NCBI GenBank assembly: GCA_947306755.1
Contig: CAMZHI010000003.1
Span: forward strand, 6,489 to 70,488
DNA: 64,000 nucleotides
Source of the DNA: an uncultured Clostridia bacterium
GTDB lineage: Bacteria > Bacillota > Clostridia > TANB77 > CAG-508
Direction: 5' to 3'
Each line of letters opens with the position of its first letter. Positions within the stretch are counted from its first letter, which is position 1. The notes under the pieces are model-generated. The model searched no databases and was not told the DNA's origin. It saw only the letters and a program-made list of their open reading frames with translations. This document shows positions 56,680 through 64,000 of the stretch, piece by piece. A program made the position numbers and the translations under genes.

Positions 56680-57855
56680 ATGGAAATTAAAACTTATGGA
56701 GCTAATAAAATTGGTGGATGTATAACAGAAATTAGAAGCGGAAACACTAGAATAATTTTTGATTATGGGAATAATTTAGATGATTCTCCTCAAATAGACC
56801 TTGAAGGCTTAACCTATGGAACACCACAATATAATGCAGTGTTTATATCACACTACCATCTCGACCATATAGGCGCTATTGATAGAGTATTGAAAGATAT
56901 CCCTATTTATATAGAGAAAACAACAAAGATACTTTATGACATTATCTGTGATTTTCAAAGTAAACCAAGAGTCAATGTAAAAACATTTGCTTTTAATAAA
57001 CCTATTACTCTTTTAAATGATATAAAGATTACACCTTATTTGGTGGATCACTCTGCTTATAATTCCTGTATGTTTGTAATAGATGATGGCAAAGAAAAAG
57101 CACTGTATACGGGAGATTTCAGAAACAACGGATATACTGGTAATAGATTACTACCTACATTTGAAGCAATAGGAAAAGTGGATTACCTAATTACAGAAGG
57201 CACCAATATTACAAACGATAACACTCATATTATTAGAAAAGAGAGTAGTCTTGTAAATGATTTTGTAAGAATAATACAAAAATATAATCAAGTCCTTGTA
57301 TTGATGTCTGCATCTAATATTGATAGAGTTACAACACTATTAAAGGCTTGTAATAAAACAGGCCATACTTTAATTGAAGATATTTATATGGCACATCTCA
57401 CGACAACAATATTTAAGACTGATAATGTTAATGTTCCTAATCCTATAAGTTACGATAATGTTATGGTTTATAAGCCTATTTATTTTAACAAGAAGGACAC
57501 AGAGGTTAAGGATAAGTATTTGAACTGTTTTAATGATAAGAATAATAGCGACATGTTATATAAGCCGTTCATTATGAATATTAGAACAAGTATGCTAGGC
57601 GATTTAAGGATGTTTAAGAGAAAGCATATCTTGACTAATTCTTGTCTAATTTATTCAATGTGGGATGGATACAAGCAACAAGAAGATATAAAGAACTTCT
57701 TAAAGTCTGTTAAAGCACTAGGTATTACAATAATAGAAACAGATATACACGCAACAGGACACGCAAGTAAAGAACTTCTAAAAGAGATTATAGAAATTAC
57801 TGGCTGTTCAAAAGTTTATATTATTCATTCTAATTTAAAAGCTAATAAAAATTGA
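56680..57855 (+). CDS. Metallo-beta-lactamase-fold hydrolase
   Basis: The HxHxDH motif SHYHLDHIG, later DHSAYNS and TGDF motifs, and a C-terminal HATGHAS. Confidence 0.7.
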   Translation: MEIKTYGANKIGGCITEIRSGNTRIIFDYGNNLDDSPQIDLEGLTYGTPQYNAVFISHYHLDHIGAIDRVLKDIPIYIEKTTKILYDIICDFQSKPRVNVKTFAFNKPITLLNDIKITPYLVDHSAYNSCMFVIDDGKEKALYTGDFRNNGYTGNRLLPTFEAIGKVDYLITEGTNITNDNTHIIRKESSLVNDFVRIIQKYNQVLVLMSASNIDRVTTLLKACNKTGHTLIEDIYMAHLTTTIFKTDNVNVPNPISYDNVMVYKPIYFNKKDTEVKDKYLNCFNDKNNSDMLYKPFIMNIRTSMLGDLRMFKRKHILTNSCLIYSMWDGYKQQEDIKNFLKSVKALGITIIETDIHATGHASKELLKEIIEITGCSKVYIIHSNLKANKN

Positions 57856-58230
57856 TACAAAGATTTTTTGAAATGAAAAATATAATGAGATATTATTCGT
57901 AGTTAAAGATGGAAGTGACAATGTTAAAATTATAAAACTACTCTTATATCGGCCGAAAGATATAGTTTTATAAATAAAGTGTCAGAAATCATAGGAATTA
58001 CAATATCATATTGTACCTATAACTTCCTCGAGAATTGGAAATAAAAATATTCTTAATAATAAGAAGAAAGAAAATATTATTAATATTAGTTATGCTACCA
58101 TAAATAATAATTTTATCAATAATGATAATATTAATGTTTATGCTATTGCCAATGGTAATATTAAAGAGAAAGAGAATTTGAAGTTTTACGATAAGATAAA
58201 AAAGAATGATATACTAATGATAAAATGATA

Positions 58231-58284
58231 ATGCTATGTAAATATATGAACGTAAGATTCCAAAATAAATACAATGCACCTATC
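58231..58284. repeat. Direct repeat copy 1 in the non-coding region
   Basis: ATGCTATGT-AAATATATGAACGTAAGATTCCAAAATAAATACAA.. About 85 percent identical to 58571-58640, which carries a 16-nt insertion. Confidence 0.7.
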
Positions 58285-58570
58285 ATTAATTAAAATGTAA
58301 AATAAAGTGTCGGTTTATTAAAAACAATACACATATAAGTACAATAAAGATTACATATTACAAAGTTAACACAAACTATATTAAGTAAAAGTCAAACTGG
58401 TAAAATGTTAAATTAAAAATTAGTTAGAGATTAAAGTTATAACTCTAATATAGAAAAGTATAAAATAAATAAAATATAGATTAAAATGAAGTTAATCTAC
58501 ATAATGTTGATAATTAAGATAATAAAAATAAAGTAGATAGAAAGAAAGAGAATTATATTAGTTTAAAGGT

Positions 58571-58640
58571 ATGCTATGTTTAAGATGATGTTAAGTAAAT
58601 ATATGAACGTGAGTTTCCCAATAAATACAAAACATCTATC
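58571..58640. repeat. Direct repeat copy 2 in the non-coding region
   Basis: ATGCTATGT[ttaagatgatgttaag]TAAATATATGAACGTGAGTTTCCCAATAAATACAA.. Confidence 0.7.
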
Positions 58641-58747
58641 CTTGAAACATAGTAATACCCACCAAAGATACGCCAGCTAATGCTAAAGCCTAATGTTAAA
58701 GCTAAAGTCTAAAGATTAAGTTTAATCAAGCTATTAAGAAAGCACAC

Positions 58748-58806
58748 CACTATTCCACTATGCTACTAAACCACAATATCTGGTATGGTGGCATAGTGGA
58801 ATAGTG
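58748..58806. ncRNA. Strong 16-19-bp hairpin, candidate structured RNA or protein-binding palindrome
   Basis: CACTATTCCACTATGC ... GCATAGTGGAATAGTG are perfect 16-bp arms with a 27-nt loop. A terminator-like hairpin follows 12 nt downstream. Confidence 0.35.
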
Positions 58807-58817
58807 AAAGGCTAAAT

Positions 58818-58840
58818 AAAAGAGCTAAAATAGCTCTTTT
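58818..58840. terminator. Bidirectional rho-independent terminator
   Basis: AAAAGAGCTA AAA TAGCTCTTTT with T-runs on both strands. Directly after the stop of 58845..59447. Confidence 0.6.
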
Positions 58841-58844
58841 ATTT

Positions 58845-60005
58845 TTAATTATTTTCATCATAAAGCCTTTTCCAAAGATAGTTTTCAAAGGTCATACTAT
58901 TATTAATAAATTTGTCGTCCTTATCTGCAAGAAAAGTTTGATAAATGCCCAAACATCTATTATTATCAAAACTAGAATTAGAATAATAAGTACTTCTAAC
59001 TCCTTTAAAAGAATATCTTTCTGACCTATAACCTAACGCTAAAATTTGTTTACCAAATTGAGCATTGCAAACTTCTTTATAATTGTTTTCTTGACACCAT
59101 TTACAATATTCTGAATAATATTGAGTTTTTCCTATAAAAGTATTTATTGGAAACAGAGTACAAAATTCCAATACACTATTACATTGCATAAAATAATTAT
59201 GTGTTTCTAATTCTATATTGCTAGGAATTGTAAATTTGCCATTCTTTAATACTCTATAAAATGCTAATATTGATTTAGTAGCAATAATTTGTAATGCAAG
59301 AGGTCTGCATAGTTTATTACCTATATCAATATCACGATTACCGGTATTGTCTGTAAATGTAGCATTAAAAGGAATTACAACAAATCGATCTGTTATGTGT
59401 AGCCCTGTTTCTTTGAAATTAATTGATTCATTTATAGAAAATAACATCGTAGTGCATGATTTTAAATAATCATTTCTTCCTTTAGCCTCTAATGAAATAG
59501 GTTCACCTGATATTATTCTTGTTATAATTGATGTATTAATGTATTTAGGTTGCTTTTGGTCTTCTGATATGTTAACTGTACATCCGTTTTAATTTCTCAA
59601 TCGTGTTTTTGCTTCCAGATTTATTCCCCGATAATTGTTCTAAATGTTCATGTGAACATTGATTTCCTAACATTGCTTCTAATATACGAAATATTTTAGA
59701 TTTTCCATTTCTTCCGATTTCCGCTTAAATATAAATGCTTTATTTAGTTTTGATGTTTTAAACAATGAATATCCTATTACTTCATAAAGTAATGTTTCAA
59801 TTCCTTTATCACTGCAACTAATACTATCAAAGAAATAATTAACAAGTTCTAGTTCCCTTGAATTATCTAAAAGTACATTTATATCATTATAAGGTACACT
59901 CAATTTTGCAATTATATTAGATAGCTTATCAATTTCTGTTTTATAATTATTTATTTGTATTATTTTTTCTTCTTTATTAAGATTTTTTATTTCTGTTAAA
60001 GTCAT
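58845..60005 (-). pseudogene. P4-family primase / D5-like helicase gene disrupted by frameshifts and stops
   Basis: ORF 59679..60005 ends at ..KAFIFKRKSEEM, where a Walker A is expected. GNGKSKIFRILEAMLGN is readable in another frame around 59640-59700. ORF 58845..59447 carries the C-terminal primase-family region (FVVIPFNATF...YSEYCKWCQENNYK). Confidence 0.6.
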
Positions 60006-60316
60006 TATCTTTTCCCCCTTAAATTATTTTTTGAGCAGTCTAGCAATTCATTTCTCTTATCTCTCTTTTGGCTATACCAGTTAATAATCGAATTTATTTC
60101 TGCCACTTTAGTTTTGCCTACGTCTTCACTTGGGAAGCTTGGAAGTAGGTAAATTTTTCTTGCAGTGGCTAATGAACAATTGCGAATTTCTGCAAATTCC
60201 TTTATGGTTACAAAATGTATCATTTTAGATTTATCTTCCATCAATTTAAGTTTCTCTAGTAGCTCATCTAATTTTCTTATGTTTAAATCAATGTCAGTAT
60301 CGACATAAAAAGTCAT
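60005..60316 (-). CDS. Small HTH (excisionase/AlpA-like) DNA-binding protein
   Basis: ORF 60005..60349 with start at ATG (MTFYVD) after AGGAGGTG. HTH is VTIKEFAEIRNCSLATARKIY. Its stop overlaps the primase start (TAATG). Confidence 0.5.
   Translation of the reverse strand: MTFYVDTDIDLNIRKLDELLEKLKLMEDKSKMIHFVTIKEFAEIRNCSLATARKIYLLPSFPSEDVGKTKVAEINSIINWYSQKRDKRNELLDCSKNNLRGKR
60023..60049. repeat. 27-bp inverted repeat, left copy
   Basis: ATTATTTTTTGAGCAGTCTAGCAATTC is the exact reverse complement of 61213-61239. Confidence 0.95.
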
Positions 60317-60516
60317 ATCAGACACCTCCTTTCTTACTGGACTTGACATTTTATTTAAAATGTAGTATTGTATAGGAAATCTTACAGTAAGTACGTTTCC
60401 TACAAGGAGAATATTACCACATATTTATTCTAAAAAACGAATATAGCCTAAAAGGATTTAATTACCATAGTTTAATAAAAAAATTTCATATAGGAAATGA
60501 AAGGAGATAACGAATC

Positions 60517-61188
60517 ATGAATGATGAAAAAAAGGCAAATAATGAAAAGTTAAAAAATGACTTAAAAAATACTTTTGCTGACATATTAGATGATTTAGTA
60601 GAAGATGAAAAAAAGAAAACAGGACTAGGTAACAATCAAATTGCCGACGAAATAGGAATTGGACAAGGACAATTAAGTAAACATCTAAATGCTCAAGCGG
60701 AGTTAAAAATAAGCAGTTTAGTAAAAATCGCAAAATATTTTGGGGTTAGCACTGATTATCTGCTAGGTTTAACAAAATTAAAAAGTCCTAATGAAGATTA
60801 TAAAACTGTTCACAAAGTTTTGAATTTATCAGATGGCTCTATTAAGAATGTTAAAGCAATGAATAAAAACAATGATGGATTTGCCTATGTATTAAATCTT
60901 CTGCTAGATAATACAGAAGAAACATCAAAGTATTTCAAAAGTTGCATATTAAATATTATTAAATACTTATCTGATATGTCAAATGCCGATGCAGAAGCAA
61001 ATGATAGTTACGATGATTATAATCCATTTTCTATAGAAAGTTTAGAAAAAGATATAGAAGAAGGAAATAACCCTTATAAGATTAAGAATGCAAAAGAACT
61101 AGAAGCTGTACATCTATTTAGAATAACTAATATTACAACAGCATTAGCTAAAAAAATAAAAGAAAAATATCTATCAGATATTAAATAA
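60517..61188 (+). CDS. XRE-family HTH repressor-like protein
   Basis: HTH is NQIADEIGIGQGQLSKHLNAQAELKISSLVKIAKYFGVSTDYLLG. 223 aa. Confidence 0.7.
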   Translation: MNDEKKANNEKLKNDLKNTFADILDDLVEDEKKKTGLGNNQIADEIGIGQGQLSKHLNAQAELKISSLVKIAKYFGVSTDYLLGLTKLKSPNEDYKTVHKVLNLSDGSIKNVKAMNKNNDGFAYVLNLLLDNTEETSKYFKSCILNIIKYLSDMSNADAEANDSYDDYNPFSIESLEKDIEEGNNPYKIKNAKELEAVHLFRITNITTALAKKIKEKYLSDIK

Positions 61189-61212
61189 AAAAACAGGGAA
61201 TATTTTTTGGAC

Positions 61213-61239
61213 GAATTGCTAGACTGCTCAAAAAATAAT
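61213..61239. repeat. 27-bp inverted repeat, right copy
   Basis: GAATTGCTAGACTGCTCAAAAAATAAT. Lies between the repressor gene and the integrase gene. Confidence 0.95.
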
Positions 61240-61324
61240 CCCTTTGAAAATCAAGAGTGATTTTCTATACTTAATTATAGTATAAAAAATCATTCTTGTA
61301 AAGCAAAAGGAGTGATTTTTTATT

Positions 61325-62539
61325 ATGGGAAGAAATAGAAAAAGAACGAAACAAGTTGGAAATGGCGAAGGCTCATTATATTACAGCGATACTCTATCTT
61401 GTTGGGTATTTCAATATTATGATACAAACGGAAAAAGGCAAACTATGAAGCAAAAGAAAAAGGAAAGCACAAAGGATTTTAAAGCAAGAGTTACAAAGGT
61501 TAAAAATAGTCTTAATAATGGAACTTACATAAGTAAAAGCTCTGAAACGGTTGTATCTCTTGCTAAACATTATATCAAATTAAAATATGAAGATGGAACA
61601 ACAAGTGCTAGGAGTTATGGGCGAGAATTATCTACTTTAAAACAATTAGAAAAAACTTGTTATAATTTTTGTTATCTGCCTATTCAACAGGTAACAATAA
61701 AGCATATAGAAGATGCAAAAAAAGAATTAAAGATATACTCAAATTCCGTTATTGATAAAATATGGCAGATGTTACACAAAACATTTAAAATAGCTTGTTC
61801 TCCATCAAGAAAAATATTACTGTATAATATAATGGAAGATATAAACTTGAAGAAACCTATATCAAGTACACCAAGTAAAAAAGTAAAGCCCTTGACTAAA
61901 AATGAATGTAGACGATTAACGCATATTCTTGACAATGAAGAAAGAAATCATAAATATAGAAATCTATTAAAACTACATCTTATAGCTGGTTCAAGGATTG
62001 GCGAAACCCTTGCTCGTTCTGAAAATGACTTTGATGAAGAAAACAACACATTTAATATTTGGAATACACTAACTCAAGATGATAAATATCATGTTATTTG
62101 GAGTGAACACACAAAAACATACAATAAACTTTCTGGTGTAGATGAAGGACAAAGATTTTTGCCACTAGATAACCCTATATTTGCTGAAATAGCTGATATA
62201 GTAAAAGAAGAAAAAGCAAAAAAGGTAAAAAGTATAAATAATGTTCATAATGTACTATTTTGGGATTATAAGAATGACACTTTTATTTCTCCTAAAGAGA
62301 TTAATTCGTGGTTATATAGACTTGAAGCGAAATATCACATATTAGATAAGGATGATGGCGAAAATTTGACAACACATAGAATAAGGCACTATGCTATAAC
62401 ACATTGGTCTGAACTAGGTATTCCTAAAAGGGTTATTCAATATCTTGCAGGACACGTTGAAGGAAGTACAATAACAGATGAAGTTTATATCGAAACATCA
62501 TTTGATTTTGTAAAAAATACATTGTGTAAAATATCTTAA
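61325..62539 (+). CDS. Tyrosine site-specific integrase
   Basis: Catalytic region GSRIGE...HRIRHYAITHW...LAGHVEGSTITDEVYIE (R, HxxR, H, Y). Ends 90 nt from the tRNA-derived repeat. Confidence 0.85.
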   Translation: MGRNRKRTKQVGNGEGSLYYSDTLSCWVFQYYDTNGKRQTMKQKKKESTKDFKARVTKVKNSLNNGTYISKSSETVVSLAKHYIKLKYEDGTTSARSYGRELSTLKQLEKTCYNFCYLPIQQVTIKHIEDAKKELKIYSNSVIDKIWQMLHKTFKIACSPSRKILLYNIMEDINLKKPISSTPSKKVKPLTKNECRRLTHILDNEERNHKYRNLLKLHLIAGSRIGETLARSENDFDEENNTFNIWNTLTQDDKYHVIWSEHTKTYNKLSGVDEGQRFLPLDNPIFAEIADIVKEEKAKKVKSINNVHNVLFWDYKNDTFISPKEINSWLYRLEAKYHILDKDDGENLTTHRIRHYAITHWSELGIPKRVIQYLAGHVEGSTITDEVYIETSFDFVKNTLCKIS

Positions 62540-62547
62540 AAAAAACG

Positions 62548-62569
62548 TTACTGCATACTTACTGCATTA
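62548..62569. promoter_or_regulatory. Two direct copies of TTACTGCAT(T)A, candidate arm-type integrase sites (right end)
   Basis: TTACTGCATACTTACTGCATTA. Matches the pair at 52656-52678. Confidence 0.5.
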
Positions 62570-62630
62570 AATAATAAGAAAAAAGATACATTAAATGCTG
62601 ATATTTTAAGCAAAATGTATCTTTTTAGTT

Positions 62631-62675
62631 TGGTTGCGGGGGTAAGACTCGAACTTACGACCTTCGGGTTATGAG
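62631..62675 (-). other. 3' 45 nt of a tRNA-Met(CAU) (anticodon loop to CCA), no 5' half, att-site remnant
   Basis: The minus strand reads CTCATAACCCGAAGGTCGTAAGTTCGAGTCTTACCCCCGCAACCA. It has a CAT anticodon loop, T-arm GTAAG-TTCGAGT-CTTAC, and an acceptor 3' strand plus CCA. Upstream sequence is the end of a protein gene, not a D-arm. Confidence 0.8.
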
Positions 62676-62682
62676 TTCCTAT

Positions 62683-63588
62683 TCACGGATTACATCTCTT
62701 GCATGGAGCATACCCTTTTAAAATCAAATCATTTCTTGACCCTTCATACTCTTGTTTATTTTTTTCACTTATCTGCTTTACACTTCCACAACTTGGATAG
62801 TGAAATTTTTTTGTATTTGTATTAAGAACATAACTAGAACTAATATCTTTGTTTGTAGATGCTGAACTTGATGTTGATTGAGAATTTGATGATGGCTTTT
62901 TATTTGTATTTACATTAGCAGAAGATTTTTCATTATTATTTGAACCAGAACTATCTTTTTGATTTTTCTCTATATTTTTTTTTTCTTGTTCATCTTTTTC
63001 GTTCTCTATGTTTGATTTATTGTCAGCTTCTTGAATTTTTGTATTATTTTCTTCAATTTCTATTTGATCTTCTTTTTTTGTATCATTTTTAGTTTCTTCA
63101 TCATTATGTGTATCAGTATGAACTTCATTCTCGTTAGTTTTATCTGATTTTTCAAAGTCAGTGTCTTGGATATTTTGTTTTTCTTCAAAATCATTTTCAT
63201 TTTTTTCTTCATGTTCTATTTCATTTTCTTTATTTCTATCACCATAATTTTTAGCTATATATGTATTGTTTGAATATGTATTTATAAATGTTGGAACTAT
63301 AGTTCCAATCCCTATTCCTATAAAACTAATCATAATAGTCATTACTGAAGCAATTAAATATTTTTTTAATTGGTTTTTAGTATATTTAATCGGTTTTAAT
63401 TCAGGCATTTTTTGTTTTTTAAATACATTTTTTATTTTATATTTAACTTTTTCTAATCCTTTTAATGAGTTAATTCGTTCTAGCTCCGCTTTTATTCTTT
63501 CATTTTCTCTTATTTTATTAAATTGTATTATCCAAAACACTGTTACAAAAATAGCAAATAAACAAAGCAACATAAAAAATATAACCAT
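62683..63588 (-). CDS. Membrane-anchored low-complexity protein with C-terminal Ada-type zinc-binding motif
   Basis: Two TM helices, an E/K/N/D-rich spacer, and a C-terminal FHYPSCGSVKQI...GYAPCKRCNP. Confidence 0.55.
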   Translation of the reverse strand: MVIFFMLLCLFAIFVTVFWIIQFNKIRENERIKAELERINSLKGLEKVKYKIKNVFKKQKMPELKPIKYTKNQLKKYLIASVMTIMISFIGIGIGTIVPTFINTYSNNTYIAKNYGDRNKENEIEHEEKNENDFEEKQNIQDTDFEKSDKTNENEVHTDTHNDEETKNDTKKEDQIEIEENNTKIQEADNKSNIENEKDEQEKKNIEKNQKDSSGSNNNEKSSANVNTNKKPSSNSQSTSSSASTNKDISSSYVLNTNTKKFHYPSCGSVKQISEKNKQEYEGSRNDLILKGYAPCKRCNP

Positions 63589-63707
63589 TATTATTTCCTA
63601 ACCTTTCAATCGTTCCATCTTCCAAATAAGATGCTATATGCCCATCACAAAATTTTTTTCCTCATTTAATATTCTTTTTATTACCAAAATAATCATCTCC
63701 TAATTCA

Positions 63708-64000
63708 CTATTTTTCATCTAACTTCTCTGTATACCTACATTTTGGATAATTATAACATCCTAAAAAGTCTCCATATTTTCCTTTTCTTTCAATTAACCT
63801 TCCTCCACATTTTGGACAAATTTTATCTTCAGATGGATTTTTATTTAATGATTTTTTTATATTGTTAACATGATTAAAATTTCTATTAAAACTTTTGTCT
63901 TGTAATGCTTCTATCTTTTTCATTAAATCATTTATATCTTCTTGTATAATAGTTTCTGTATATTCATTTATTATTTTACTAACTAGATTTCTAGTGTTTG
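63708..64000 (-). CDS. Protein with topoisomerase-type C4 zinc finger (5' end may lie beyond the window)
   Basis: CPKCGGRLIERKGKYGDFLGCYNYPKCRY. The frame stays open upstream of the first ATG (63923) to the window edge. Confidence 0.5.
   Translation of the reverse strand, partial: NTRNLVSKIINEYTETIIQEDINDLMKKIEALQDKSFNRNFNHVNNIKKSLNKNPSEDKICPKCGGRLIERKGKYGDFLGCYNYPKCRYTEKLDEK

Noticed and set aside
62631-62675. A functional tRNA-Met gene.
   Set aside because: Only the anticodon loop to the CCA end is present. The position of the D-arm and 5' acceptor strand is occupied by the end of a protein-coding gene.

Overview
This is a very AT-rich segment (by eye about one quarter G+C) of a low-GC Firmicutes or Clostridia-like chromosome. 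No intact rRNA gene, intact tRNA gene or CRISPR array is visible.

Positions 1-34.1 kb are an accessory region, almost entirely transcribed on the minus strand. It holds:
- a PHP/HAD pair;
- a MacB-type ABC exporter with a TetR regulator;
- many flavodoxin, FMN-reductase and cyclophilin-like genes under a LysR regulator;
- a complete BceRS-BceAB-type peptide-antibiotic module;
- two DUF5131 genes and mntP.

This part carries several internally deleted gene remnants. It also carries a recurring palindromic 12-mer (AAATTGTAATTT) that sits on or next to stop codons at junctions between gene blocks.

Positions 34.1-62.7 kb look like nested or tandem integrated mobile elements, bounded by direct repeats derived from the 3' part of a tRNA-Met.
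- Outer element: tnpV, an HTH-Fic three-gene operon, a five-gene operon (MazG-like / HEPN-like / DUF2075 nuclease-helicase / CoiA-like / unknown), a type II m5C restriction-modification module, an excisionase plus replisome organizer, an uncharacterised overlapping two-gene module with a PD-(D/E)xK nuclease, and a tyrosine integrase.
- Inner element (52.5-62.6 kb): a second integrase with matching arm-type repeats at both ends, a decayed P4-type primase/helicase, about 1 kb of repeat-rich non-coding DNA, and a 1.2 kb regulatory segment flanked by perfect 27-bp inverted repeats (a possible invertible switch).

All protein family calls come from motif recognition by eye. No searches were run.
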